NCBI GenBank assembly: GCA_965197905.1
Contig: CBDAOB010000004.1
Coordinates: 1,056,001 to 1,120,000, forward strand
Direction of reading: 5' to 3'
Source: Candidatus Latescibacterota bacterium
GTDB lineage: Bacteria; Latescibacterota; UBA2968; UBA8231
Length of the DNA: 64,000 nucleotides
In this document: piece after piece, positions 1 through 9,965 of the stretch
Position numbering within the stretch: the stretch's first letter is position 1
Layout: every line of letters starts with the position of its first letter
Translations under genes and position numbers: made by a program
Notes under the pieces: generated by a model
Seen by the model: only the letters and a program-made list of their open reading frames with translations
Told to the model about the DNA's origin: nothing
Database searches by the model: none

Positions 1-1
1 C

Positions 2-808
2 GAGCTGGCGGCGTTCGAGTTCCTTTCCCCCGACGTTCGGATCGTACCGTGCGAGACCTTTGCGGGTCTGTTCGATGCGGTTGGCAACGGCCAAGCGGCG
101 TACGGTATGGCTCCCGTGGAAAACTCCCTGGCCGGAAGCATCGACCCGGTTTGGGATCTGCTGGTTTCGCGCCGCCCTTTCGTCACCGGCGAGCTCTACC
201 TGCGCATCGAGCACTGTCTCATTGGCCACCCGGGGACCAAGCTCGACGGCGTACGCCGCATCTACTCCCATCAGCAGGCGCTTGCCCAGTGCCAGGAGTT
301 TATCCTGGGTCTTGCCGGGGTTGCCCAAGAGGAGTTCTACGATACCGCCGGGGCGGTTAAAATGATCAAGGAGCGCGGCAACACCGAGGAGGCGGCCATC
401 GCTTCAGCCCAGGCTGCAATCGATTACGAGATGCAGATTCTGGCAGAAAACATCCAGACAGATCACCAGAACTTTACGCGGTTCCTGGTCATCACTGGCC
501 ACGCTGTTGAGGCTGACGCCACCCCGTCGAAGTCAACGGTCGTGCTCAAGGCCGACCTCTCGACCGTCTCCGCTTCGGAACTGTTGGGAACGCTGTCGCG
601 AAAAGGCATCGCGGTGAGCAAGCTGGAGACGCGCAAATGCCTGGGCGAACCCTGGCGCTATCTCGTCTATCTTGATCTTGAGGGGGATGTTACGGAAGGT
701 CCGATCAAAGCCACCCTAAGAGAATTGAAATCGCTGGTTTTGGAGGTTCACGTGGTGGGCTCTTATCCCGCCGGCATGCAGAGCGAAGCGCGGCTGCATC
801 GACAGTAG
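2..808 (+). CDS. pheA: Prephenate dehydratase (5' truncated by window edge)
   Basis: Frame is open from base 2. Motifs PVENSLAGS, YSHQQALAQC and NFTRFLV, plus a C-terminal ACT-like domain. Confidence 0.92.
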   Translation, partial: ELAAFEFLSPDVRIVPCETFAGLFDAVGNGQAAYGMAPVENSLAGSIDPVWDLLVSRRPFVTGELYLRIEHCLIGHPGTKLDGVRRIYSHQQALAQCQEFILGLAGVAQEEFYDTAGAVKMIKERGNTEEAAIASAQAAIDYEMQILAENIQTDHQNFTRFLVITGHAVEADATPSKSTVVLKADLSTVSASELLGTLSRKGIAVSKLETRKCLGEPWRYLVYLDLEGDVTEGPIKATLRELKSLVLEVHVVGSYPAGMQSEARLHRQ

Positions 809-859
809 GCAACGACGCGCTGCCGGCGACGCCCGCGGAGTTCCCGAACGTGATCGTGT

Positions 860-1231
860 TCAATCCTCAAACACGCGCCTCACCTCGGGCGTTTCGCTGT
901 CGATGCGCCAGACACCTGCTGCGCCGTCGCCATCCAGATCGGCTTTCACGGTTATCTCGAAGCGGTTCCAACCGGCCTCCACCTCCCACTCGTAACCTTC
1001 GATCCATTTCCAGTCCAACCCAGTGGCCGGATCGGTGGGATCGAAGAAGTGTTTGTGTTCCCGGCGGTGCGCCAGTTCCAGCTCGTGGAGTTGCTCGAGG
1101 CCGGCCTCCAGTTGGATCTGTCGCCGCTGCGCTGTATCGATGCCGGAATGGGTGACAACGCCGGCGGCAATCAGGATAATCAACAAGACCAGCGTTTCCA
1201 GCCGGTTGTACCATCGACCGGACATCGCCAT
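860..1231 (-). CDS. Hypothetical membrane-anchored protein, type IV pilin-like
   Basis: N-terminal YNRLE followed by a hydrophobic helix, C-terminal ADLDGDG...WRID. Start abuts the stop of the upstream lipoprotein gene. Confidence 0.6.
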   Translation of the reverse strand: MAMSGRWYNRLETLVLLIILIAAGVVTHSGIDTAQRRQIQLEAGLEQLHELELAHRREHKHFFDPTDPATGLDWKWIEGYEWEVEAGWNRFEITVKADLDGDGAAGVWRIDSETPEVRRVFED

Positions 1232-2869
1232 CTACCTCAGCTCCATGTCCACATCCGACTCCAGGGCACCTCTTCCGAGGATTATTGGCTCCGAGTAACG
1301 GTCGTAAGGCTCCGACATTCGGTACGGCTCGGGGAGGCCGCCGTCGTGTCTGCCGTTCCCATTGGTATCGACGAAGCTGTACACGACATAGTCGCACGGC
1401 AACAAGCCGACGAGCTCGTAGCTTCCGTCCGCCGCTACGGTCGTCGGGTGGGCGCGACCGTTTTTCTGACAGATGGCCTCGACCAGCACGTCGCCATCGT
1501 TCGAGCTTTCGTCGCTGCCGTCGGCGCCCGGGTCCACACGCGAGACCTTTCCCGTGATGCCGCCGAGGTCGGTCTCTTCCATCGCCGAAAAGGTGTAGGT
1601 GTAAACGCTGTCTCGCGGACTGAGCCCCGCCAGATCCGCCAATTGTTCGGGATTCACCTCGAGGCGATGGCTCCCGACGTCCCATGGCGCCGCGGGAGCA
1701 AAACGGAAGGAAGTGGCTGAGTCCCGCTCCCATCGGCCCTCGACGACCTCCGTGGAATCGGAGTCGTTCCAGAGGTCTGCAAGGTTGTCCGCTTCGACAG
1801 CCTCGTTCATCACAAGACGAAGCGGCTCATCGCCGACCACCTTCCCCGGCGAAAGGAACGAGCGCACAACTTCCGGAGGTTTTCTGTCTTCGCGGGCGCT
1901 ACCGCGGATCGGTTCATCCCATTCAAGCTCCCGGGCATCCAGGTGCAGACGTTTAAAGCGGTAAGACTTTCCGGCCACTTGCGCTGACGTCGCGGCGTAG
2001 ACCCTGCGGCCATCTGTCGGTGAGTTGTAGATTGAGCGAATCTCCAGATCGGGTACAACCAAGTCTAGACGGCCGGCTTCAACCTCGCTGGCGAAAATGA
2101 ACAGGAGCCGGTTTCGGTCCAGTGCCTGTACCTTCTGGATCTTCGCTTCCGGGCTTTCTGCCTGGTATAAGGCGAGATCCCCCGCACCGGTTTCTCCGTC
2201 CTCGCCTACCTCGAGGTACCGGGACGGCAAGGCGACCAGCTCGGTTTGATCGAGCGCGTCGTTGCGATTGTTGTCTTTGAATGCGACGATGCGGTAGCTC
2301 CCTGCAGAGAGTCGAAGAAATTCATAACCGCCACCCTGGCCGCTCTGGGTGCGATAGGCAGGAGATGCCCGCCCGACTTCACCCTCCATGTTCTCGACGT
2401 CGTACGCCCAGATCATGGCGCCGCTCGCCGGCAGGTGATCCTTGAATACGAATCCGGAAACGCTCGCCTGATTCAAGCGATCACCGGTGCCGAAGGCAAA
2501 ACTGTAGGATTCCGCCAGCGGGTTGTTGCGTAAGTCGCGTGCGCCGGTCCCGACGGTGACGACGTAAGTGCGATCTGCTTGAAGGGGGCGTTTGAACCTC
2601 AGGACTAGCTGTCGTCCGCCGAAACCGGGCCACTGGAACTCGATTGGGGATTCGGGAGATACGAAGACGGCCTCGACCGTGCACTGGCGATCCATGCGCT
2701 CGCTGAAAAGGATCTCGACCCGTGCGTCGGAGGCCACGTGGATGGCATCCGCGGCGGGCGCGTGGGCGACGATGGCAGGAGCGGCCTCGTCCACGGGACC
2801 ACCCTGGGGTTTGCCTACCTTGGCGCAGGCTCCCAGAAACGCCAGGCCGATGTAGGCAAGCAGGCGCAT
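1232..2869 (-). CDS. Lipoprotein with Ig-like (Big_5/SbsA-type) domains
   Basis: Lipobox LGAC, PQGGPxD motif, two Ig-like repeats (FSERM...RDLRNN and MNEAV...ADLAG), and DxNxNxxxD Ca-binding loops. Confidence 0.8.
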   Translation of the reverse strand: MRLLAYIGLAFLGACAKVGKPQGGPVDEAAPAIVAHAPAADAIHVASDARVEILFSERMDRQCTVEAVFVSPESPIEFQWPGFGGRQLVLRFKRPLQADRTYVVTVGTGARDLRNNPLAESYSFAFGTGDRLNQASVSGFVFKDHLPASGAMIWAYDVENMEGEVGRASPAYRTQSGQGGGYEFLRLSAGSYRIVAFKDNNRNDALDQTELVALPSRYLEVGEDGETGAGDLALYQAESPEAKIQKVQALDRNRLLFIFASEVEAGRLDLVVPDLEIRSIYNSPTDGRRVYAATSAQVAGKSYRFKRLHLDARELEWDEPIRGSAREDRKPPEVVRSFLSPGKVVGDEPLRLVMNEAVEADNLADLWNDSDSTEVVEGRWERDSATSFRFAPAAPWDVGSHRLEVNPEQLADLAGLSPRDSVYTYTFSAMEETDLGGITGKVSRVDPGADGSDESSNDGDVLVEAICQKNGRAHPTTVAADGSYELVGLLPCDYVVYSFVDTNGNGRHDGGLPEPYRMSEPYDRYSEPIILGRGALESDVDMELR

Positions 2870-2872
2870 TCG

Positions 2873-4183
2873 TCAGAGCACATAACGGCTAAGGTCCTCA
2901 TCTTCGAGAACATCCTTGAGTTTTTTCACCACGTAGGATTTGGTGATTCGCAGCGTCTTCTTGCGCGCCCCCGGGGCATCGAAAAGGATCTGATCGAGCA
3001 GCGTTGACATAACCGTGTGCAGCCGGCGAGCGCCAATGTTTTCCATCTGCAGATTTATCTCGAAGGCGATGCGAGCGATCTGCCGCACCGCCGCCGGCTC
3101 AAAGGTCAGTTTGACGCCTTCCGTGGCCAGCAGTGCGGTATACTGCTTGATCAGAGCATTCTTCGGTTTGTCCAGGATGCGGACGAAGTCACCTTGCTCG
3201 AGATTATCGAGCTCGACGCGAATGGGAAAGCGGCCCTGAAGCTCGGGGATCATATCGGCAGGTTTCGAGGTGTGAAAGGCGCCGGCTGCCACAAAAAGGA
3301 TATGGTCGGTCCGAACCATGCCGTATTTGGTAGCCACGTTACAACCCTCGATGATCGGCAGCAGGTCCCGTTGCACCCCTTCCCTTGAAATGTCCGGGCC
3401 GTTCTTGGCCGGTTCACCGGTGATCTTGTCGATCTCGTCTAGAAAAACGATACCCGCGTTGGTAACCCGCTCGATTGCCTCCGACACCACCTGGTCGCGG
3501 TCGATCTGTTTCTGAGTTTCCTCCTGGGTCAGAAGATGCCGGGCGTCGGCCAGTGAAACCTGCCGCTCTTTGCGTGCCGGGGGCGTCATCTCCGTCAGCA
3601 TTTCCTGCAGGTTGATACTCATCTCTTCCAGGTTACCCGCCGCCGAAAATACCTCCACCATCGGGGTGCGATCCTTCGGCACCTCGATCTGCACCGACTG
3701 TTGGTCCAACTTGCCCGAACGGAGCTGTCGCCGCAGCTGGTCCCGGCGGCGTTTCACCCTTCCTTTGGCAACATCCGACAGCAGGTCCAGCAATCGCTCC
3801 TCCACCTTTACCGCAACCTCCGCTTCCACCGCGTCCACATATTCGGCGCGCACCATGTTGACGCCCAGATCCACGAGGTCGCGAATGATCGATTCCACAT
3901 CCTGACCTACATAACCGACCTCCGTGAATTTCGATGCTTCCACTTTTATGAACGGCGCATTTGTGAGCCCTGCCAGACGCCGCGCGATCTCCGTCTTCCC
4001 AACACCGGTTTGACCGATCATGATGATGTTGTTGGGCACGATCTCGGTGCGCATCTCCTCACCGACGTGCTGCCGGCGCCACCTGTTCCGCAGCGCGATG
4101 GCAACCGATCGTTTCGCTTTCTCCTGGCCGACGATGTATCGATCCAGCTCGGTGACGATCTGCTTAGGTGTTAGTTCCTTCAT
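2873..4183 (-). CDS. hslU: ATP-dependent protease ATPase subunit HslU
   Basis: LTPKQIV, GQTGVGKTEIARR, GYVG, DEIDK, REGVQRDLLP and ENIGARRL. ATG at 4183 overlaps the hslV stop (ATGA). Confidence 0.97.
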   Translation of the reverse strand: MKELTPKQIVTELDRYIVGQEKAKRSVAIALRNRWRRQHVGEEMRTEIVPNNIIMIGQTGVGKTEIARRLAGLTNAPFIKVEASKFTEVGYVGQDVESIIRDLVDLGVNMVRAEYVDAVEAEVAVKVEERLLDLLSDVAKGRVKRRRDQLRRQLRSGKLDQQSVQIEVPKDRTPMVEVFSAAGNLEEMSINLQEMLTEMTPPARKERQVSLADARHLLTQEETQKQIDRDQVVSEAIERVTNAGIVFLDEIDKITGEPAKNGPDISREGVQRDLLPIIEGCNVATKYGMVRTDHILFVAAGAFHTSKPADMIPELQGRFPIRVELDNLEQGDFVRILDKPKNALIKQYTALLATEGVKLTFEPAAVRQIARIAFEINLQMENIGARRLHTVMSTLLDQILFDAPGARKKTLRITKSYVVKKLKDVLEDEDLSRYVL

Positions 4184-4719
4184 AACTCGACGATCTTGAT
4201 TTGGCTGTTGGTGTAGATGCAAAGATCCGCTGCCACCTTCAGCGAACGGCGCACGATCTCGGCTGCGGTGAGTTTCGTCGCGTCCACGTAAGCCCGCGCG
4301 GCAGCCACCGCGTACGGCCCGCCCGATCCGATGCCGAGGATTTCGTCGTCTGGGGCGAGTAGATCGCCTTCACCCGAGATCAACAGCGAGCGCTTCTTGT
4401 CCATGGCGACGATCATCGCTTCCAGCCGCCGGAGAAAGCGATCGGTACGCCATTCCCGCGCCAGCTCGTGGGCGGCGCGCTCCAGATTTCCGTTGAACTC
4501 CTCCAGCCGCTGCTCCAGGAGGTCCAGCAGGGTAAGGGCATCGGAGGTGCCGCCGGCGAAACCGGTCAGTACCGAGTCGTTGAACAGCTTGCGGATCTTC
4601 GACGTCTTGTGTTTCAGCACCACCTCCCCGTAGCTGACCTGGCCATCACCCCCCATAACCACCTTACCCCTCAGCCGCAGACCAAGTACGGTCGTGCCGT
4701 GAATCGCATCTTTCTTCAT
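4180..4719 (-). CDS. hslV: ATP-dependent protease peptidase subunit HslV
   Basis: HGTT catalytic Thr, GDGQV, GSGG and CIYTN. Confidence 0.97.
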   Translation of the reverse strand: MKKDAIHGTTVLGLRLRGKVVMGGDGQVSYGEVVLKHKTSKIRKLFNDSVLTGFAGGTSDALTLLDLLEQRLEEFNGNLERAAHELAREWRTDRFLRRLEAMIVAMDKKRSLLISGEGDLLAPDDEILGIGSGGPYAVAAARAYVDATKLTAAEIVRRSLKVAADLCIYTNSQIKIVEL

Positions 4720-4729
4720 CGGAGAATCC

Positions 4730-5665
4730 TCACGCCCTCGGGTGGGCGTTGGCGTAGATTTGTTGCAGACGGTCCGGATCGGGTCGTGCGTAGCGTTTTG
4801 TAGCTCCCAGCGTCCCGTGGCCCAGCAGTTCCTTCACCGACGTCGGATCGGCGCCGGCGTCCAACATGTGACGGGTGAAACTGTGGCGCAGAACCTGCGG
4901 GCTAAAGCCGTTGGCCTCCACCACCGCACCCAGGTAGCGATTGACGATACGCTGCACCGTGCGTACGTGCAAGCGTTTGCCCGACGTATTTAGAAAGAGA
5001 GCGCCGGCGTCCACCTGGGTGATCTCCAATCCGACTACAAGGTCGGTGCGCTGCAACAGGTAATGGCCCAGCGCTTTATGCGCAGGCTCGCCTACAGGCA
5101 CGATGCGTTCGAATCGGCCCGTGCTGACGCGCACGGTACCGTCGCTGTCCTCCAGGGCCGATAGATTCAATCCCACCAGCTCCCGCAGCCGGATCCCGCC
5201 GCCGTAGAACAGCTCCATGATTGCCCGGTCTCGCGCCCCGCGAAAATCGTCGCTGGGAGGTAGCAGGATCGCGCGCTCGAAGTCTGCGAGTTCGATGGTG
5301 TTGGGCAGGCTGAACTCTGTCTCCGGAACCGGCAAGCCCGCCGCCGGGTTGGAGGGCACGACCCCCTCGCGGCAGAGATACCGGAAGAAGGCGCGAACGG
5401 ACGCCAGCTTCCGCGTTCGCGTGGCGGGTTTGAGTCCGGTTGCCTCCAGCTCTGCCATGAACTCGAGAATCGTCTGGCGCTGCACGGAAGCTACCGGAAG
5501 CCGGATGTCGGCGAGGCGGGGCAAGAGGTAGCGGGTGAACTGATGCAGATCGCAACGATACGCCGTCAGGGTATTTGCGGCGAATTTGCGGTCGTCGGTC
5601 AGGTAATCGAGAAAGCGGTCAGTCGCTTCTTCGATGCCCGATGAGGCAGTGAGCGTTGGAAACAT
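4730..5665 (-). CDS. xerC: Tyrosine recombinase XerC-like (atypical catalytic motifs)
   Basis: SAM-like N-domain (NTLTAYRCDL), RDRAIMELFY..GIR, LRHSF and LLGH...Y. Conserved topA-xerC-hslVU order. Confidence 0.82.
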   Translation of the reverse strand: MFPTLTASSGIEEATDRFLDYLTDDRKFAANTLTAYRCDLHQFTRYLLPRLADIRLPVASVQRQTILEFMAELEATGLKPATRTRKLASVRAFFRYLCREGVVPSNPAAGLPVPETEFSLPNTIELADFERAILLPPSDDFRGARDRAIMELFYGGGIRLRELVGLNLSALEDSDGTVRVSTGRFERIVPVGEPAHKALGHYLLQRTDLVVGLEITQVDAGALFLNTSGKRLHVRTVQRIVNRYLGAVVEANGFSPQVLRHSFTRHMLDAGADPTSVKELLGHGTLGATKRYARPDPDRLQQIYANAHPRA

Positions 5666-5697
5666 CGAGCGTGATCGCGGTGTGGATCAAGGTGCCG

Positions 5698-7959
5698 TCA
5701 GGCCACCTGTTTTTCGGGTGCTTCAGGCGTTTCCGAGGTTTCAGACCGCGTGTATTTGCAGACTCGGCAGTACAGTGACGACTGTTCGCCACGGCTTGTG
5801 CGTTCGTAGAGGAGTGGCGCCTCGCACTGCGGACAGGTTGCGTCGACGGGTTTGTCCCAGCTGGCAAACTTGCAGTCGGGATAGTGGTTGCAACCGTAGA
5901 ACACCTTGCCGCGCCGGGACTGTTTCTCGACGATCTGCCCACCGCACTTGTCTTCGGGGCAGCCGATGCCCAGCAGGAACGGTTTCACCCCTTTGCATTC
6001 CGGATACCGGGTGCAGGCGATGAACCGACCGTAGCGACCGGTCTTGACCACCATGGGGGCGCCGCATTCATCGCAGATCTCGTCTGTGTCCGGCTGTTCC
6101 TGTTCACCCTCCAACGGTTTGGTATTCTTGCATTCGGGATATCCGGGGCAGGCCAAAAAGCGACCATTGCGGCCCCACTTGATAACCATGTTCCGGCCGC
6201 ACTCCTCACACACAATCGACGACTCTTCCTGAAGCGATTGTTTCAATTCTCGTCGGCGATCGTTGGCATCTTTGAGAATATCCTTCCAGGAACCGTAGAA
6301 TTCGCGCACCGAATCGACCCAGTCGGCTTTGCCGTCCTCAATCTGATCCAGCTTGTCCTCCATCTTTGCCGTAAACTCGACGTTGAATACCTCGGGAAAG
6401 GTCTCCACCAGAAGTTTGTTCACGGTGTGGCCCCGTTCGGTGGCCATGAACGCGCGGTTGTCGATCTTCTCGACGTACTCGCGATCCTGAATCGTCGTAA
6501 TGATCTGCGCATAGGTGGAGGGCCGGCCGATCCCCTGAGCTTCGAGCTCCCGCACCAGCGATGCTTCGGTAAACCTGGGCGGCGGTTTGGTGAAATGCTG
6601 CTCGGGAAACAGCTCCCCCAATGTCAGCTTGTCCCCCTCGGCTATGTCTGGAGGAAGCTTGCTGACGTTTTCCTCCTCCTCATCCTCCTTGTCCTTGCTC
6701 TCGGTGTAGAGCAGAGTGAAGCCGGGAAACTTCACCGAGCTTCCATTGGCGCGCAGCAAGTGATCGCCGGCGTCGATGTCGATGGAGATGAGGTCCATGA
6801 CCTGCGGTTGCATCTGCGAGGCGACGAACCGTTTCCAGATCAGGTCGTAAACACGGGCCTGATCGTTGGTGAGCAACTCCCTGATGTTCTCAGGCTCGAG
6901 CGCCACGGAGGTGGGACGAATCGCCTCGTGGGCGTCCTGAGCACCACGCTTGGCGCGGTATCTGTTTGCCTCTTTGGGCAAGTATTCGGCGCCGTACTTC
7001 TCGTCAATCCGGGTGCGCACCTCTTTGATCGCATCGTCTGAAACCCGCGTTGAGTCAGTACGCATGTAGGTGATGAGGCCACGCACTTCACCCTCCATCT
7101 CGATTCCCTCATAAAGCTGCTGGGCCACCATGTCGGTGCGTTTGACCGAGAAGCGCAGACGACGAGCACACTCCTGCTGCAGCGTGCTGGTGGTAAACGG
7201 AGGCGCCGGTTTGCGCCGTTGCTCCCGTTTCTTCACCGACTTTACGGCATAGCTCGAATCGCTCAGGGCTGCCACCAGCCGATTCGATTGCTCTTCGTTG
7301 CCGATCTCGACCTTTTCGCCACCCACCTGCAACAGGCGAGCTTTGAAAAACTCGCCCTCCGTCTTAGAAAGCGTGGCATCGATCGACCAGTACTCCACCG
7401 GGTCGAAGGCGGATATCTCGCTGTCCCGTTCGCAGATGAGACGCAACGCCACCGACTGGACGCGACCGGCGGAAAGCCCGGAGTGAATTACCTTCCACAG
7501 GAGCGGGCTGATCTCGTACCCAACCAATCGGTCCAACACCCGCCGGGCCTGCTGAGCATTCACCTTCTCCAGGTCGAGCTCCTTCGACTTGTCGATGGAT
7601 TCACGCACCGCTCGCGGTGTGATCTCGTTGAAGAGAATCCGCCGAAGATTGTCTTCCTTTTTGGCGATCGCCTGACCTACGTGCCAGGCTATAGCCTCTC
7701 CTTCGCGGTCCGGGTCAGTCGCCAGATAAATGGTGTCGGCGGTGCTGGCCACCTTACGCAATTCTGCCAGAACCTTGCCCTTGCCCCGTATGGTGACGTA
7801 GCGCGGTCTGAAGTTGTCATCCAGATCGATGCCCAACTCCTTCGGTGGCAGGTCGCGCACGTGACCCATGCATGATTTCACCACGAAATCCGAGCCGAGG
7901 ATCTTGTTGATGGTTTTGGCTTTAGCCGGTGATTCAACTACGACCAGCGATTTACCCAT
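5698..7959 (-). CDS. topA: DNA topoisomerase I
   Basis: VVVESPAKAKTI, DPDREGE, SAGRVQS, ITYMRTD, and C-terminal Zn ribbons. Confidence 0.98.
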   Translation of the reverse strand: MGKSLVVVESPAKAKTINKILGSDFVVKSCMGHVRDLPPKELGIDLDDNFRPRYVTIRGKGKVLAELRKVASTADTIYLATDPDREGEAIAWHVGQAIAKKEDNLRRILFNEITPRAVRESIDKSKELDLEKVNAQQARRVLDRLVGYEISPLLWKVIHSGLSAGRVQSVALRLICERDSEISAFDPVEYWSIDATLSKTEGEFFKARLLQVGGEKVEIGNEEQSNRLVAALSDSSYAVKSVKKREQRRKPAPPFTTSTLQQECARRLRFSVKRTDMVAQQLYEGIEMEGEVRGLITYMRTDSTRVSDDAIKEVRTRIDEKYGAEYLPKEANRYRAKRGAQDAHEAIRPTSVALEPENIRELLTNDQARVYDLIWKRFVASQMQPQVMDLISIDIDAGDHLLRANGSSVKFPGFTLLYTESKDKEDEEEENVSKLPPDIAEGDKLTLGELFPEQHFTKPPPRFTEASLVRELEAQGIGRPSTYAQIITTIQDREYVEKIDNRAFMATERGHTVNKLLVETFPEVFNVEFTAKMEDKLDQIEDGKADWVDSVREFYGSWKDILKDANDRRRELKQSLQEESSIVCEECGRNMVIKWGRNGRFLACPGYPECKNTKPLEGEQEQPDTDEICDECGAPMVVKTGRYGRFIACTRYPECKGVKPFLLGIGCPEDKCGGQIVEKQSRRGKVFYGCNHYPDCKFASWDKPVDATCPQCEAPLLYERTSRGEQSSLYCRVCKYTRSETSETPEAPEKQVA

Positions 7960-8123
7960 GGTTCCTTACCTCAGTTCTCCTGCCGCTAAATGGGGAGAAT
8001 GTTCGTATTTACCTGATATAGATATATGTAGCGCTGTCAATTCGGCCAATATAGGGAAGCCATTTCAGGTTCGCAACAACGGTTCTTGACACCACATTCT
8101 CCGAACCGATCTTGATCGACGTC

Positions 8124-8900
8124 ATGATTCCCTCGAAAAACGCCAGAGAAATCGAGCTTATCCGCACCAGTTGCCGCATCGTCGTCGCGGTCCAACAGGC
8201 CCTGGAACAGGTTGTGGCACCGGGAGTTAGCACCGGGGAGTTGGATGCGCTGGCCGAGAAAACGATTCGCCAGCACGGGGCAATCCCGGCCTTCAAGGGG
8301 TACCATGGATTCCCCGCATCGATCTGTGCCTCCATAAACTCCGAGACCGTTCATGGCGTTCCCGGTTCCCGCAGATTGAGCGATGGTGATGTGCTGAGCA
8401 TCGACGTTGGCGTCCAAAAAGATGGGTTCTTCGGCGATTCCGCCTTCACGCTTGGTGTGGGCTCCATCCAACCCGCCCACGAAATACTCATCGACGCCAC
8501 CCGCCGCTGTCTTGAGGCCGGCATCGCCGAGGCCCGGCCTGGCTGTCGGGTCTCCGACATTTCCCATGCTATTGAAAAACAGGCAGATGCCGCCGGCCTG
8601 ACGCCGATTCGCGAGTTTGGGGGTCACGGTATCGGGCGTGCGCTCCACGAAGATCCCAGCATACTCAACCATGGCAAGCCGGGCAAAGGTCCCCTTCTGC
8701 GCCCCGGTTTGGTCGTGGCGATCGAACCGATCATTGCCCTGGGGGAACCGGAGCTGGAAACAGCTGACGACGGTTGGACCGAGGTGACTTGCAGCGGCGA
8801 CCTCACCGCTCATTTCGAGCACACGATCGTCATCACTGAGGATGGTCCGGAGATCCTCACAGCCCAGATGGCGCGTCCCGAACCGGTCCTGAGCACCTAA
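8124..8900 (+). CDS. map: Type I methionine aminopeptidase
   Basis: HGVP, DVG...GDSA, GHGIG..LHEDP, AIEP and HFEHT. An alternative TTG start lies at 8112. Confidence 0.96.
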   Translation: MIPSKNAREIELIRTSCRIVVAVQQALEQVVAPGVSTGELDALAEKTIRQHGAIPAFKGYHGFPASICASINSETVHGVPGSRRLSDGDVLSIDVGVQKDGFFGDSAFTLGVGSIQPAHEILIDATRRCLEAGIAEARPGCRVSDISHAIEKQADAAGLTPIREFGGHGIGRALHEDPSILNHGKPGKGPLLRPGLVVAIEPIIALGEPELETADDGWTEVTCSGDLTAHFEHTIVITEDGPEILTAQMARPEPVLST

Positions 8901-8988
8901 CCGCTGGCTCCCTCCTCTTGCACACTGAATCGAACGCAGCGGTGAGGCACCCTTCCGTCGGACACACGAATCTCCAACGGGATGTTGA

Positions 8989-9744
8989 ATGAGGGTCACC
9001 TTTCTGGGCACGGGTACGTCGGTAGGAGTTCCACGTATCGCCTGCACGTGTCTCGTCTGTCGATCGGACAATCCGAAGAACAAGCGGCTACGGTGCTCTA
9101 TCCTGCTGGAATATGGCAACCATGTGGTCCTGGTGGATACCGGACCCGACCTCCGGACCCAGGCGTTGCGCTACGAAATCGACCGCGTCGATGCGGTGCT
9201 GCTCACCCACGGACACGCCGATCACCTCCACGGCCTGGACGACATTCGCGCCTACTGCTTCTCCATGGAAGGTCCGATGCCCTGCTACGCCGACCGGACC
9301 ACGATGGAGCGGATCAATCTGGTCTTCGGGTACGCCTTCGATTCGCCGTACAAACACCCCCTGCCCCAACTGGATCTACAGTTGATCGACGGTCCGTTCC
9401 AGCTGTTTGGAACCGACGTGGAACCGGTTGAAGTGCTGCATGGCCGTCTGCCCGTGCTGGGCTTTCGTATGGGCTCCTTTGCCTACGTCACCGACTGCAG
9501 CCACATCTCCGACGCGTCGCTTGAGCAGCTTGCTGGATTGGATACCCTCGTCCTTGACGCCCTGCGTCACAAAGAGCATCCGACTCACTTTACGCTGCAG
9601 CAAGCCCTCGACGTGGTCGAACGTCTCCAGCCCCGCGCGACCTACTTCACCCATATGGCCCACGATCTGGATCACGAGACGACCAACCAGTCCCTGCCGG
9701 ACCACGCTCAATTGGCGTACGACGGGCTCGTGCTCGAACTCTAG
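8989..9744 (+). CDS. MBL-fold metallohydrolase, PhnP/YycJ-like phosphodiesterase
   Basis: LGTGTSVGVP, CxCxxC, THGHADHLHG, HPTH and THMAH. Confidence 0.9.
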   Translation: MRVTFLGTGTSVGVPRIACTCLVCRSDNPKNKRLRCSILLEYGNHVVLVDTGPDLRTQALRYEIDRVDAVLLTHGHADHLHGLDDIRAYCFSMEGPMPCYADRTTMERINLVFGYAFDSPYKHPLPQLDLQLIDGPFQLFGTDVEPVEVLHGRLPVLGFRMGSFAYVTDCSHISDASLEQLAGLDTLVLDALRHKEHPTHFTLQQALDVVERLQPRATYFTHMAHDLDHETTNQSLPDHAQLAYDGLVLEL

Positions 9745-9778
9745 CTGTCGAGGCGCTACTGAGCCTACTGCGAGTCAC

Positions 9779-9813
9779 AAAAAAAACGGCGCGACCTAGA
9801 AAAGGCCGCGCCG
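9779..9813 (-). terminator. Rho-independent terminator downstream of nrdJ
   Basis: Minus-strand hairpin CGGCGCGGCCT/AGGTCGCGCCG followed by T8. Confidence 0.75.
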
Positions 9814-9965
9814 CGATTTCATCTCCCACTGATACCCTAGTAAGCAGTTAGTCTCGTATCATCGATGGCGGAGGAGCTTGGCTGGCAAGGCGTGCGAACG
9901 AGCCCCGTATCGAAAATATGCCGAGTGAGTCCAACGACTCGAAGCGGGATGGATCGGCGCCATAA

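Noticed and set aside
4730..5665. Tyrosine recombinase as a prophage integrase
   Set aside because: It sits in the conserved topA-xerC-hslVU order with no phage genes.
9814..9965. Small ORF or ncRNA in the long nrdJ 3' region
   Set aside because: Only a 34-codon ORF without support, and no recognisable RNA structure.
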